The notes: a model not told the origin generated them from the sequence alone. 64,000 bases of DNA from Lysobacterales bacterium (GCA_022841325.1 JALHRS010000016.1:9094-73093), one strand, 5' to 3'. Positions 17,489-27,483 are shown, counted from the first letter of the stretch. Program-made: numbers and translations.

Positions 17489-19645
17489 ATGAATGACATC
17501 ATCAATCTGTCGCGCCGCGGATTTCTGCAGGGTAGCGCCGCCCTCGGCGGCGCCCTCGTCCTCGGCTTCCATCTGAGCAGCCAGGCCTGGGCCGAGAAGG
17601 CCACGACTGGATCGGCCGCAGTCGATCTGAATGCCTTCCTGAGCATTGCCGCCGACGGTGCCATCACCGTGCACGCCAAGCACTCGGAAATGGGCCAGGG
17701 CATCCTGACCTCGCTGGCGATGATCATTGCCGAGGAAATGGACGCCGACTGGGACAAGATCACCGCTGTCCCCGGTGACGCCAGGCCCGAATTCGCCCAC
17801 GCCCAATGGGGCATACAGGCCACCGGTGGCAGCACCAGCACCTATACCTCCTACGAGCAGATGCGCAAGGTCGGTGCCACGGCAAGGGCCATGCTGGTCG
17901 CGGCTGCGGCCGCGCGCAGCGGCGTGGATGCCGCCAGCCTCAAGACCGTCGATGGCGCCGTCATCGGCCCGGAAGCCGGCCAGCGCTGGAACTACGGTGA
18001 GCTCGCAGTCGAGGCCGCCAAACTGAGTCCGCCGGCCGATGTCGCGCTCAAGGATCGCCAGCAGTTCAAGCTGATCGGCAAGTCCCAGCACCGACTGGAC
18101 GGCCGCGCCAAGGTGAATGGCACTGCCGGTTTCGGTATCGACGTCCAGGTGCCGGGCCTGTTGACCGCGGTGATCGTGCGCTCGCCGGTATTCGGTGGAA
18201 AGCTGAAGAAGCTGGATGGCGACGCCGCCAGGGCGATGAAGGGCGTGCGTCATGTGGTGGAGGTGCCCTCGGGCGCGGCGGTGGTGGCCGATCACTACTG
18301 GGCGGCCAAACAGGGCGCCGAAGCGCTGAAGCTGGAGTGGGATCTGGGTGCTGGCGCCGATTTCTCCACCGAGAGTCAGGCCAGGGATCTGGACCAGTTG
18401 CTGGCAGGCGAGGGCGCTGAAGCCAAGCGGGTCGGCGATGTGGCGGCGGTCATGGGCGAATCCAAGGATCCGATCGCTGGCGAGTTCGATTTTCCCTATC
18501 TGGCGCACGCGCCGATGGAGCCGATGAACGCCACCGCCGATGTGCGCGCGGACGGAGTCACGGTCTGGGCCCCCACCCAGTTCCAGACCTTCGACCAGAT
18601 GGCAGCGGCGAAGGTGGCCGGTGTCACCCCGGACAAGGTGGTGCTGCACACCACGCTGCTGGGTGGCGGCTTTGGCCGCCGCGCCAATCCGGCCTCGGAT
18701 TTCGTCAGCGAGGCGGTGGCGGTATCGAAGGCCGTCGGTGCGCCGGTCAAGGTCATCTGGACCCGCGAGGACGACACCCGCGGCGGCTATTACCGGCCGC
18801 GCACACGAGTGTCGGCGCAGCTGGCGCTGGACAGCGACAAGCAGCCGCAGGCGCTGCGGGTCAAGATCGCCAACCAGTCGATCATGGAGGGCACACCCTT
18901 CGGTGCCGAGATTGCCAAGACCGGGGTTGATCCGAGTCAGGTCGAGGGTCTGGACAACTGGCCCTATGCCACGCCCAATCTGCTGGTGAGCTACCACAAG
19001 GCCAGCGCTGCGGTGCCGGTGTTGTGGTGGCGCTCGGTGGGCCATACCTTCAGCGCCTACGTCAAGGAAACGCTGATCGACGAGGCCGCCGAACGCGCTG
19101 GCGCCGATCCCATCGATTACCGCATCAAGCTGCTTGAGGCGCATCCACGCCAGGTCGCGCTGCTGCAGAAGCTCAAGGCCGAATCGGGCTGGGGCAAGGC
19201 GCCCAAGGGCCGCTTCCAGGGTGTGGCCATCCATGAATCCTTCAATTCGCTGGTCGGTGAAGTGCTCGAGATTTCGCTCGAAGGCAGCACGCTCACGCTG
19301 CACAGGCTGACCGCGGTGGTCGACTGCGGCAACGTGGTCAATCCCGATACGGTCAAGGCCCAGATCATGGGCGGCTCGCTGATGGGGCTGTCGGCGGCAC
19401 TGGGCGAGGCCATCACCTTCAAGGATGGCCGCGTGGTGCAATCCAACTTCCACGATTACCCGGTACTGCGTCTGCCGCAGTCGCCGGCAGTGGCCGTACA
19501 CATCATCGAAAGCGGCGCCGCCATGGGCGGTGTGGGCGAGCCCGGCACGCCACCGGCGGCGCCGGCGCTGGCCAATGCCATCGCCAAGGCCAGCGGCAAG
19601 CGTTTGCGGGTGCTGCCGCTGGATCTGACCTCACTGGCCAGCTGA
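17489..19645 (+). CDS. molybdopterin-binding large subunit (IorB/aldehyde oxidase beta-like), Tat-exported
   Basis: Twin-arginine signal (LSRRGFLQGSAALGGALVLG). 718 aa, directly downstream of the 2Fe-2S subunit gene. Confidence 0.85.
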   Translation: MNDIINLSRRGFLQGSAALGGALVLGFHLSSQAWAEKATTGSAAVDLNAFLSIAADGAITVHAKHSEMGQGILTSLAMIIAEEMDADWDKITAVPGDARPEFAHAQWGIQATGGSTSTYTSYEQMRKVGATARAMLVAAAAARSGVDAASLKTVDGAVIGPEAGQRWNYGELAVEAAKLSPPADVALKDRQQFKLIGKSQHRLDGRAKVNGTAGFGIDVQVPGLLTAVIVRSPVFGGKLKKLDGDAARAMKGVRHVVEVPSGAAVVADHYWAAKQGAEALKLEWDLGAGADFSTESQARDLDQLLAGEGAEAKRVGDVAAVMGESKDPIAGEFDFPYLAHAPMEPMNATADVRADGVTVWAPTQFQTFDQMAAAKVAGVTPDKVVLHTTLLGGGFGRRANPASDFVSEAVAVSKAVGAPVKVIWTREDDTRGGYYRPRTRVSAQLALDSDKQPQALRVKIANQSIMEGTPFGAEIAKTGVDPSQVEGLDNWPYATPNLLVSYHKASAAVPVLWWRSVGHTFSAYVKETLIDEAAERAGADPIDYRIKLLEAHPRQVALLQKLKAESGWGKAPKGRFQGVAIHESFNSLVGEVLEISLEGSTLTLHRLTAVVDCGNVVNPDTVKAQIMGGSLMGLSAALGEAITFKDGRVVQSNFHDYPVLRLPQSPAVAVHIIESGAAMGGVGEPGTPPAAPALANAIAKASGKRLRVLPLDLTSLAS

Positions 19646-19765
19646 GGCCGGCGCTCGCATACGTATTCAACGCCAATCATCGCGCTTTGACCGCTCGGCG
19701 AGCGGTCAAAGCGGCGACACTCCTGAGGAAGAGCCGGACCAGGAACGGCGCCGAATCCAGGAGCG

Positions 19766-22228
19766 ATGATGATGTTCAGCCTCAGACCGATGGTCTTGAT
19801 GGTACCGATGGTGCTCGCAGTCTGTGGCTGCGCCACCCATCCGACGCCGCCGCAACCGGCGACTGTTGAATCGGGGTGCGTGCCAGCCCCGCTCGGCGAT
19901 ACCACCCTCTACCTTCGCGGCTCGCTCAGCAGTTGGGCAGCACTGGAGGAATACGCCTTCCAGTATCGCTGCGACGGCTATTACCTCAACGTCGAGGCCA
20001 GCGCCAATCAGGACTTCAAGCTGGCTGATGCGGACTGGACGCCAGCGACGAGCTTCGGCGCGCCGGTCGGCGCCGATGGCACGCTCGCAGATTCAGCGCC
20101 CTTTGTACTTGCCCGCGGTTCCGATCCGGGCGGAAACGCCAATCTGCGCTTCCGTTTTGCCGGCGAGCACACGGTCAAGCTGACTTTCGATCAGAACCAG
20201 GCGCAGATCACGATAGGCCCGAAGAGTTTCGATGATCCGCGGGCGCGGCCGGTGACCGATCCAGTGGCCTTGAGTCTGCGCTTCGATTCACGGGTACTGG
20301 ACGACAAGGCGCCCTTTGGGGCAGTCGTCGCCGGTCAGCAGATCGAGTTCGCACTGTCGGCCTTGCCCGGCGTCGACAGCGCCACGCTGGTCATCGAATC
20401 GCGGCTGCTGGTCGGCAATCAGGAGCAACTCGAATACCACGAGCTGGTCCGGATTCCGATGAGCTTGCGGGCAAGCGGTGAAACCCGGCGCTGGCAGGCA
20501 GCCCATCGATTCGACGACATCGGCGTCTACGGCTACTGGTTCGACCTGGTGATCGGCGGGCAGCACTACGTCTACCAGAACAACCGCAACTCGGTGTTCT
20601 GGACCCGCGAACGCGGCAACGGCGGCGAGGGACTGGTCAGCTTCGCGCCGGAATCCACCGAATCCATCCGTCGTTATCGCCAGACGGTCTACCGGGCCGA
20701 CTTCGTCGTGCCCGAATGGGCGCCGGACATCGTCTACTACTACATCTTCCCGGAGCGTTTCCGCAACGGCGATCGCTCCAATGACCCCCAGCCCGGCGTG
20801 CAGCGCTTCCACGACGGCACTGTCGAGTTCCACACTGACTGGAATGACCGGCCCTGGCTCAATGGTACCGGTGATGGCTCCGATGCCCGCTACAGCAATG
20901 ATTTCTTCGGTGGCGACATCGCCGGGATCATCGAGAAGCTGGATTACATCCGTGAGCTGGGCGCCAATACGCTGTACCTGACGCCGCTGTTTCAGGCCGC
21001 CAGCAATCACAAATACGACACCGCCGACTATCGCCGCGTGGATCCGGGTTTCGGCAGCAATGCCGACTTCGCGCGTTTGACGAGCGAGGCCGCCAAACGC
21101 GGCATTCGGGTGATTCCGGATACCTCACTCAATCACACCGGTGAGGACTCGCTGTACTTCAACCGCTACGGCAACTATCCGGGTATCGGCGCCTTCCAGA
21201 ATGGCGAAATCCGATCCGATTCGCCCTATGCCGACTGGTACCGCTTTGATCCCGATAACGCCGAGCAGCCCTACCAGGGTTGGGTCGGCGTGCGCGATCT
21301 GCCGGAACTGGACAAGCACTCCCGATCCTTCCGCGATTTCGCCTACGGCAAGCCTGATTCGGTGATGCTGCACTGGCTGGATCAGGGCGCCGCCGGCTGG
21401 CGCATGGATGTCGCGCCGTGGGTGCCTGACGACTTCTGGCGCGAATGGCGCAGCGCCATCAGGGCCCATCGCCCGGATGCGCTGACCGTGGCCGAAACCT
21501 GGTTCGATGCCTCCAAGTTCCTGCTCGGCGACATGTTCGATTCCACCATGAACTACATCTTCCGCAACGCCGTGCTCGAATATGCCGGCGGCGCCGATGC
21601 GCGGCAGATGTACGGCCATCTCGAATGGCTGCGCGAGGCCTATCCGCCGCAGGCGCAGTACGCGCTGATGAATCTGCTGTCCACGCACGATCAGGCGCGC
21701 TCCTTGCACGTGCTGGGCGACCATGGGCCAGAGACCGATCCGGTGACCCGGGCCTTGGCCAGGCGACGACTGCTGCTGGCCATGCTGCTGCAGATGAGCT
21801 ACCCCGGATCGCCGGCGATCTTCTATGCCGATGAAGTCGGCGTGACCGGCGGTGACGACCCCTACAATCGCGTGACCTATCCGTGGGCGGACCTCGGCGG
21901 AGAGCCGGATCTGGCCATGCTCGCGCAGGTGCAGACCCTGACCCGGATGCGCCGGGAACACGTCGTGCTACGGCGTGGCAGTCTCGAAGCGCCGCTGTAT
22001 CTGGATCGGCACCTGATCGTGCTGCTGCGCCGTCTCGACAACCAGGTCGCCATCGTGGTCACCAACAACAGCGAAAGCGCGCAGGCGCTGAGTCTGCCCC
22101 TACCATCGGAACTGTCGGCCATCAGCCTGCTGGATGTCGTCGGCGGTCAACGCTTCCAGGCGTCTGGCCAGCGCTTGCAGCTGAGCGTGCCGGCCTTGTC
22201 GGGAATGGTGCTGATCGGGTCGCGGTAA
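19766..22228 (+). CDS. GH13 alpha-amylase-family glycoside hydrolase, probable lipoprotein
   Basis: GH13 conserved regions (IPDTSLNHTG, GWRMDVAPWV, VAETW, LLSTHDQAR). Lipobox-like MVLAVCGC. AGGAG upstream. Confidence 0.85.
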   Translation: MMMFSLRPMVLMVPMVLAVCGCATHPTPPQPATVESGCVPAPLGDTTLYLRGSLSSWAALEEYAFQYRCDGYYLNVEASANQDFKLADADWTPATSFGAPVGADGTLADSAPFVLARGSDPGGNANLRFRFAGEHTVKLTFDQNQAQITIGPKSFDDPRARPVTDPVALSLRFDSRVLDDKAPFGAVVAGQQIEFALSALPGVDSATLVIESRLLVGNQEQLEYHELVRIPMSLRASGETRRWQAAHRFDDIGVYGYWFDLVIGGQHYVYQNNRNSVFWTRERGNGGEGLVSFAPESTESIRRYRQTVYRADFVVPEWAPDIVYYYIFPERFRNGDRSNDPQPGVQRFHDGTVEFHTDWNDRPWLNGTGDGSDARYSNDFFGGDIAGIIEKLDYIRELGANTLYLTPLFQAASNHKYDTADYRRVDPGFGSNADFARLTSEAAKRGIRVIPDTSLNHTGEDSLYFNRYGNYPGIGAFQNGEIRSDSPYADWYRFDPDNAEQPYQGWVGVRDLPELDKHSRSFRDFAYGKPDSVMLHWLDQGAAGWRMDVAPWVPDDFWREWRSAIRAHRPDALTVAETWFDASKFLLGDMFDSTMNYIFRNAVLEYAGGADARQMYGHLEWLREAYPPQAQYALMNLLSTHDQARSLHVLGDHGPETDPVTRALARRRLLLAMLLQMSYPGSPAIFYADEVGVTGGDDPYNRVTYPWADLGGEPDLAMLAQVQTLTRMRREHVVLRRGSLEAPLYLDRHLIVLLRRLDNQVAIVVTNNSESAQALSLPLPSELSAISLLDVVGGQRFQASGQRLQLSVPALSGMVLIGSR

Positions 22229-22258
22229 GAGCGGCAGGGCGGCCAGGCGGAGGGAGAA

Positions 22259-22329
22259 GCGTCCGGACCAGTCTGGACCTACCGGAGCCCGGCTCCTGTG
22301 GGTTCGGACTGGTCCGAACGCTCCTACGG
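22259..22329. repeat. family P inverted pair (variant)
   Basis: gcgtccggaccagtctggacctac ... gtgggttcggactggtccgaacgc. Confidence 0.7.
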
Positions 22330-22519
22330 GTCGCGGCCGACAGCGCAAAGTCCCGTTCGAAGTCACCGAATCCGGGTTTCCGGGGGAACTTGGCGCTGCT
22401 CGCGGCGTCTTCATAGAACCATCACATTCTGGCCTAATGGCCATCGCGATGCTGATCGTGATCGACGGGTGCGCCCCACTGCGCGTGTTCTTGCTCCTCC
22501 CTTCAGGAAAACCACCAAA

Positions 22520-23143
22520 ATGAAGATTCGCCTGTTTTTGATCACCGCTGCGGCGCTGGCACTGGCCGCTTGCGGGAGTACCTCCGGAATGAAGCGCGCA
22601 GACGCCGATGGCGCGCCGTCCAAGAGCCAGAGTTCGGGCCAGGACAAGGCTGCGATCAGCGCCGATTTCAGTCCCTACAGTCGCGTGGTCGTGCGTGACT
22701 TCGCCAACTGGACCAAGATCACGGGCAAGGACGAGGCCAAGCGCGCGGTGCAGGAAGCGCAGGCCATCGCCGTCGGCAAACGCTTTGCCGACAAGATTGC
22801 CGAAGGTCTGGGAGCAGGGACGGCATTTGAAAACGTGAGCCGCAACGATGTCGAAGTGGGTGCCGGCACGCTGGTCATTCAGGGTGAGGTGACCAAGTAC
22901 AAGGCCGGCAATCGTGCGCTGCGGCTGATGATCGGTTTTGGTGCCGGCAGCGCCAATTTCGATGCCCGCGTGAGTTTCGTCGATGGCGCCACCGGCAAGG
23001 AGTTGTCCTTCATGACCGTCGACCAGAACAGCTGGTTCCTGGGCGGACTGCTGGCCGCAGCGCAGACGGTCGACGATTTTGTCGATGGAGCCGCCACCAA
23101 GGTGGCTGAAGAGACTCTGCGCGCCAAGACCGGGGCGAAGTGA
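22520..23143 (+). CDS. DUF4410-like lipoprotein
   Basis: Start moved to the ATG at 22520 (MKIRLFLITAAALALAACGS, lipobox LAAC). The ORF-track N-terminal extension runs through a repeat element. Confidence 0.55.
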   Translation: MKIRLFLITAAALALAACGSTSGMKRADADGAPSKSQSSGQDKAAISADFSPYSRVVVRDFANWTKITGKDEAKRAVQEAQAIAVGKRFADKIAEGLGAGTAFENVSRNDVEVGAGTLVIQGEVTKYKAGNRALRLMIGFGAGSANFDARVSFVDGATGKELSFMTVDQNSWFLGGLLAAAQTVDDFVDGAATKVAEETLRAKTGAK

Positions 23144-23192
23144 GGCGCGGCATGACAGGCCGGCATCCGCGTTGAGACTTGGCCGGTGCTGC

Positions 23193-23231
23193 AACAAGAA
23201 ACGGGAAGGCCTGAGCCTTCCCGTTCTTGTT
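23193..23231 (+). terminator. strong hairpin between convergent DUF4410-like and ALDH genes
   Basis: aacaagaaacgggaaggc-ctga-gccttcccgttcttgtt, a stem of about 17 bp followed by tct. Confidence 0.55.
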
Positions 23232-23286
23232 TCTGCCGGTCAGCCGGAACCCCGCCGCGTCTGCGGCGCTCCAGCGTTGCCAGGAA

Positions 23287-24819
23287 CTACAAGTCGAACT
23301 TGATGCCCTGGGCCAGCGGCAGCGCGTCGGAGTAGTTGATGGTGTTGGTCTGACGGCGCATGTAGATCTTCCAGGCGTCCGAACCCGACTCGCGTCCGCC
23401 GCCGGTTTCCTTCTCGCCACCGAAAGCCCCGCCAATCTCGGCGCCGGAGGTGCCGATGTTGACGTTGGCAATGCCGCAATCCGAGCCGGTGGCAGCCAGG
23501 AAGCGCTCGGCATGGCGCATGTCGGTGGTGAAGATCGACGAAGACAGGCCTTGCGGCACGCCATTCTGGATGGCAATGGCCTCATCCAGGGTGTCGAAGG
23601 TCATGATGTACAGGATCGGCGCGAAGGTCTCGGTCTGGATCACCTCGCAATCCGGGGCCAGCCCGTTGATGATCGTCGGCAGCACGAAGTTACCCGAGCG
23701 GTTGAGCACGGCACCGCCGCTCAGTACCTTGCCACCGGCTGCCTTGGCGGCTTCGATGGCCTGGGTGTAGCGGGCAACCGAAGCCTGGTCGATCAGCGGG
23801 CCCATCAGGGTGCCGGCATCGAGCGGATTGCCGATCTTGGATTCGACCTGCTGGTAGGCCTTGACCACACGCGCGGTGACGTCGTCGATGATGGAACGGT
23901 GGACGATCAGCCGGCGGGTGGTCGTGCAACGCTGACCGGCGGTGCCGACGGCGCCGAAGACGATGGCCGGAATGGCCAGATTCAGGTCGGCGCTGGCGTC
24001 GACGATGATGGCGTTGTTGCCGCCGAGTTCCAGCAGCGAACGTCCCATGCGCCGCGACACGCGCTCGCCGACCATGCGTCCGACCGCGGTGGAGCCGGTG
24101 AAGCTGATCAGCGGGATGCGGTGGTCGTCGACAAAGGTCTGGGCGATTTCGCTGCCGATGTCGTTGAACAGGAAGAAGATGTCGGGGAAGCCGGCGGCGC
24201 GCAGGGCTTCGTTGCAGACCTTCATCGAGGCCACGGCGGTCAGCGGCGTTTTCGGCGACGGCTTCCAAATCGTGATGTCACCGCAGACGGCGGCCAGAAA
24301 GGCATTCCAGCTCCACACCGCCACCGGAAAGTTGAAGGCGCTGATCACGCCGACGATGCCGATCGGATGCCACTGCTCGTACATGCGATGGCCAGGACGC
24401 TCCGAATGCATGCTGTTGCCGTAGAGCTGGCGCGACAGGCCGACGGCGAAATCGGCGATGTCGATCATTTCCTGCACTTCGCCGTCGCCCTCGGGCTTGA
24501 TCTTGCCCATTTCCAGGCTCACCAGCGAGCCCAGCGCATCCTTGTGCTTGCGCAGGGCCTCGGCGCACAGGCGGATGGCTTCGCCACGGCGCGGCGCCGG
24601 CGTGGTGCGCCAGATTTTGAACGCAGCTTCGGCGCGCGCCATGATGGTGTCGTAATCGCTGCGGCTGGACGCATAGGTGCGCGCGATTGCTTCGCCGTTG
24701 GCCGGGTTGACGCTGGTCAGCACGCCGGCATCGGTGGTGGTCGACCACTCGCCGTTGCCGAGATAGGCGCCGCTGTTGTCAGCCGACAGGCCGAGGGCGG
24801 AAAGAACTGCGTGGGACAT
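23287..24819 (-). CDS. NAD-dependent aldehyde dehydrogenase, ALDH7/piperideine-6-carboxylate dehydrogenase-like
   Basis: Start moved to the ATG at 24819 ([25 protein letters not shown]..). ALDH motifs [16 protein letters not shown] and GTAGQRCTT (catalytic Cys). Confidence 0.8.
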   Translation of the reverse strand: MSHAVLSALGLSADNSGAYLGNGEWSTTTDAGVLTSVNPANGEAIARTYASSRSDYDTIMARAEAAFKIWRTTPAPRRGEAIRLCAEALRKHKDALGSLVSLEMGKIKPEGDGEVQEMIDIADFAVGLSRQLYGNSMHSERPGHRMYEQWHPIGIVGVISAFNFPVAVWSWNAFLAAVCGDITIWKPSPKTPLTAVASMKVCNEALRAAGFPDIFFLFNDIGSEIAQTFVDDHRIPLISFTGSTAVGRMVGERVSRRMGRSLLELGGNNAIIVDASADLNLAIPAIVFGAVGTAGQRCTTTRRLIVHRSIIDDVTARVVKAYQQVESKIGNPLDAGTLMGPLIDQASVARYTQAIEAAKAAGGKVLSGGAVLNRSGNFVLPTIINGLAPDCEVIQTETFAPILYIMTFDTLDEAIAIQNGVPQGLSSSIFTTDMRHAERFLAATGSDCGIANVNIGTSGAEIGGAFGGEKETGGGRESGSDAWKIYMRRQTNTINYSDALPLAQGIKFDL

Positions 24820-24841
24820 GGAAACTCCTGGTGGTTCAGGA

Positions 24842-24940
24842 GAGCACGAGGGCGGGAGGGCACGGGAGCACGTGGAATCAGGAGCTGGCAAGCTCCTGCT
24901 TCTTCGTGCCCTCGCGCCCTCGTGCCCTCGTGCCCTCACG
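24842..24940. repeat. octamer-armed palindromic element
   Basis: Left arm gagcacga-gggcggga-gggcacgg-gagcacg. Central hairpin caggagct-ggca-agctcctg. Right arm (cgtgccct)x4. Lies between the tRNA-Arg 3' end and the ALDH start. Confidence 0.8.
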
Positions 24941-24948
24941 AAAGGGTG

Positions 24949-25022
24949 CGCCCCCGACACGATTCGAACGTGCGACCTTCCCCTTAGGAGGGGGACGCTC
25001 TATCCAGCTGAGCTACGGGGGC
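24949..25022 (-). tRNA. tRNA-Arg (anticodon CCT)
   Basis: Hand-folded cloverleaf: acceptor GCCCCCG/CGGGGGC, D arm GCTC-AGCTGGATA-GAGC, anticodon arm TCCCC-CTCCTAA-GGGGA (CCT), variable AGGTC, T arm GCACG-TTCGAAT-CGTGT, discriminator G. CCA is not encoded. Confidence 0.9.
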
Positions 25023-25034
25023 ATTGAGCCAACC

Positions 25035-25040
25035 ATTATA
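25035..25040 (-). promoter_or_regulatory. candidate -10 box (TATAAT) of the tRNA-Arg promoter
   Basis: A perfect TATAAT on the minus strand lies 12 nt upstream of the mature tRNA 5' end. No convincing -35 box seen. Confidence 0.45.
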
Positions 25041-25123
25041 GCGGCTGGATACCCGGCCCGTCGGCGCAGCCGCCGGGCGTTCATCTGGCAGCGCGCCAGT
25101 GGCGCGCGAGCCAGCCAGATTCA

Positions 25124-25167
25124 CCCAGCTGAGCTACGGGGCATTGAACCCGCCATTATAGCGCGGG
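25124..25167 (-). other. partial duplicate of the tRNA-Arg 5' end plus its upstream TATAAT region
   Basis: cccagctgagctacggggcattgaacccgccattatagcgcggg closely matches 25003-25048 (tRNA positions 1 to about 19 plus about 25 nt of upstream flank), offset by about 121 bp. Confidence 0.7.
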
Positions 25168-25301
25168 AGTCGCCAGGCACTGAACCGTCCATTCATGGCG
25201 GCCGGGCAGGCGCCCTTTGCTCTGAAACCGCGCGCAGCCATGAATCTGCCGCATGTAGGCCGAGGCTGCCGCGCAGCGGCGCCGCTTTGCCTGACCATGC
25301 G

Positions 25302-25339
25302 GATCAACAGCGGCCGCGCAGGCGCGCGTCCCTCCTCAA
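25302..25339. repeat. family S palindrome (GATCAACAGCGGCCGCGCAGGCGCGCGTCCCTCCTCAA)
   Basis: Copies at 27598-27635 and 36735-36773. It produces spurious ..SGRAGARPSS.. peptides in three ORFs of the track. Confidence 0.8.
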
Positions 25340-25364
25340 CGCTGCCCCGCGCCCGTTCTGGCCG

Positions 25365-25398
25365 CCAACCAACAACCAACAACCAACAACCAACAACC
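25365..25398. repeat. (CCAACAA)n tandem heptamer array
   Basis: Four full units plus partial units. The reverse complement GGTTGTT differs by one base from the GGTTGTC unit at 34852. Confidence 0.85.
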
Positions 25399-25475
25399 AT
25401 GCCCTCCGGCAGTCACTATTGGTTGCGAGTCTGCGTATCCTGTGGGCTTCCAGATCATGGCCGGAGGCCTACGCG

Positions 25476-26531
25476 ATGAGCGAATCCGATGAAAAGATCG
25501 CCGCGCTGTTCAAGCGGGCGCGTGAGGGAGCAGGCGGCAACGGAACTGGTGGCTCACGCCGAGCGGGTGCCAGTGACGGGGCCAAGGCGCTGTCCATTGC
25601 CATCATCGTCGCGCTGGGTCTGGCGGCCTGGGGCGTTTTCAGCAGTTTCTATACGGTGCAGCCCGAAGAGCGCGCCGTGGTCAAACGCTTTGGTGCGGTG
25701 GTGGCCATCAACGATCCAGGTCTGCACTTCAAGCTGCCCTTCGGCGTCGATGTGGTCCAGAAGGTCGCGACCGAACGGGTGTTGAAACAGGAATTCGGCT
25801 TCCGCACCTTGGGCTCGGACGACGAGCGCTCGCAGTATTCGCCCAACGATTTTCCGGATGAGTCGCTGATGCTCTCGGGCGATCTCAACATCATCGACGT
25901 CGAGTGGGTGGTGCAGTACCGCATCTCCGACCCGGTGAAGTACCTCTACAAGCAGCGTGATCCGGACCGGACGCTGCGCGACATCTCCGAATCGGTGATG
26001 CGCAGGGTGGTCGGCAACCGGCTGGGCAGCGAAGTGCTGACCACGGCTCGCGTCGCCATTGCCGGCCTGGCCCGTGACGAGATGCAGAAGGCCATGACCG
26101 CCTATGACAACGGTATCCTTGTGGTCACCGTCGAGTTGCAGGACGTGGTGCCGCCGGCGGCTGTGAAACCCGCTTTCAACGAGGTCAACGAGGCCCGCCA
26201 GGAGCGCGAGCGGATGATCAACGAGGCCACCAAGCAGGCCAACCAGGAAATACCCAAGGCCAAGGGTGAGGCCAATCGCGCGTTGTCGGAGGCGCAGGGT
26301 TATGCCACTGAGCGGGTCAATCGCGCCAAGGGCGAGACCGCACGCTTCAATTCGATACTGACCGAATATCGCGATGCGCCCGACGTCACGCGCACGCGGC
26401 TGTATCTGGAAACGCTGAATGGCGTGTTGCCCACCGTTGGTACGGTGCTGGTGGTGCAGGATGGTCAGGTATCGCCGCTGCCGCTGATGAATCTGCGCGA
26501 CGCCGGCCGCAAGCAGGAGAGTGCACAATGA
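25476..26531 (+). CDS. hflK: FtsH protease modulator HflK (SPFH/band-7)
   Basis: Start moved to the ATG at 25476 (GGAGG 9 nt upstream). One TM helix followed by an SPFH domain (YTVQPEERAVVKRFG..). An ATGA overlap with hflC follows. Confidence 0.85.
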   Translation: MSESDEKIAALFKRAREGAGGNGTGGSRRAGASDGAKALSIAIIVALGLAAWGVFSSFYTVQPEERAVVKRFGAVVAINDPGLHFKLPFGVDVVQKVATERVLKQEFGFRTLGSDDERSQYSPNDFPDESLMLSGDLNIIDVEWVVQYRISDPVKYLYKQRDPDRTLRDISESVMRRVVGNRLGSEVLTTARVAIAGLARDEMQKAMTAYDNGILVVTVELQDVVPPAAVKPAFNEVNEARQERERMINEATKQANQEIPKAKGEANRALSEAQGYATERVNRAKGETARFNSILTEYRDAPDVTRTRLYLETLNGVLPTVGTVLVVQDGQVSPLPLMNLRDAGRKQESAQ

Positions 26532-27481
26532 GCCGCCCCATCATGATCTTTCTGGCCGTGATCGTGGCCTTCTTCATCGCTCAGTCGATCTATGTGATCG
26601 ACCAGGCCGAGCAGGGCATCGTCGTGCAGTTCGGCGAACCGGTAGGCGAGGTCGTGACCGAGCCAGGACTGCACTGGAAACTTCCCTTTGTCCAGAACGT
26701 GCGTCGTTTCGACAAGCGCCTCCTGCCCTGGGATGGTGATGTCTCGCAGGTGCCGACGCTGGGTCGCGAGTTCATCCTGGTCGATGCCACCGCGCGCTGG
26801 CGCATTGCCGATCCGCTGAAGTTCCTGCGCTCGGTGCGCGATGAGACCGGTGCCCGCACGCGCCTCGATGACATCATCGACTCGGTGGTGCGCGACATCA
26901 TTTCCGGCACCGATCTGGAAGAGATCGTGCGCTCCGCCGATTGGGCGGTGGACGTCAAGTTGCTGGACGAAGAAGGCGTGGCCCGCGAGGACGTGGACCT
27001 GGAAAAGCCGAAGAAGGGTCGCGGTCGACTGGAACAGGAGATCCGCATCGCGGCGTCCAAGCAGATGCCGGAACTGGGTATCGAACTGGTGGACGTACGC
27101 CTCAAGCGCATCAACTACATCGACAGCGTGCGTGCTCAGGTGGAAAACCGCATGGTCTCCGAGCGCCAGAGCATCGCCGCGCGCTTTCGTTCAGAGGGTG
27201 AGGGTCGCAGTCAGGAGATCCTTGGCGAGATGCAGCGCGAACTGCGCACCATCCGTTCCGAGGCCGAGCGTCAGGCTGCGGAAATCCGCGGCAAGGCCGA
27301 CGCCGAGGCGACCAGGATCTACGGTCAATCCTACGGTGCCGATCCGGAGTTCTATGCCTTCATGCGTACCCTGGAGAGCTACCAGGCCATGGGCGAGAAC
27401 ACCACCCTGATGCTGAGTGCGGATTCGGAGTTCTTCCGTTACCTGGAATCGACCCGCAAGCGCGGCCCGGCGGCCCGCTGA
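26528..27481 (+). CDS. hflC: FtsH protease modulator HflC
   Basis: N-terminal TM helix and SPFH domain (IYVIDQAEQGIVVQFGEP..GLHWKLPFVQNV). Translationally coupled to hflK. Confidence 0.85.
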   Translation: MSRPIMIFLAVIVAFFIAQSIYVIDQAEQGIVVQFGEPVGEVVTEPGLHWKLPFVQNVRRFDKRLLPWDGDVSQVPTLGREFILVDATARWRIADPLKFLRSVRDETGARTRLDDIIDSVVRDIISGTDLEEIVRSADWAVDVKLLDEEGVAREDVDLEKPKKGRGRLEQEIRIAASKQMPELGIELVDVRLKRINYIDSVRAQVENRMVSERQSIAARFRSEGEGRSQEILGEMQRELRTIRSEAERQAAEIRGKADAEATRIYGQSYGADPEFYAFMRTLESYQAMGENTTLMLSADSEFFRYLESTRKRGPAAR

Positions 27482-27483
27482 TC

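Noticed and set aside
24820-25475. Genomic island or integrative element at the tRNA-Arg gene.
   Set aside because: There is no integrase, no foreign-looking gene block and no 3'-end tRNA direct repeat. The flanking genes (ALDH, hflKC) are ordinary. Only a 5'-end/promoter duplication and repeat modules are present.
24831-25475. N-terminal extensions offered by the ORF track. Examples: hflK from 24831, PBP1B from 44399, pspF from 35148, thioesterase from 35050, GT4 from 30513, DUF4410 from 22298, ALDH to 24960 and the 6530 start.
   Set aside because: The extensions run through tRNA or repeat sequence, or through the upstream gene. Internal starts with SD-like sequences and native-looking N-termini (signal peptides, TM helices, conserved family N-termini) fit better.
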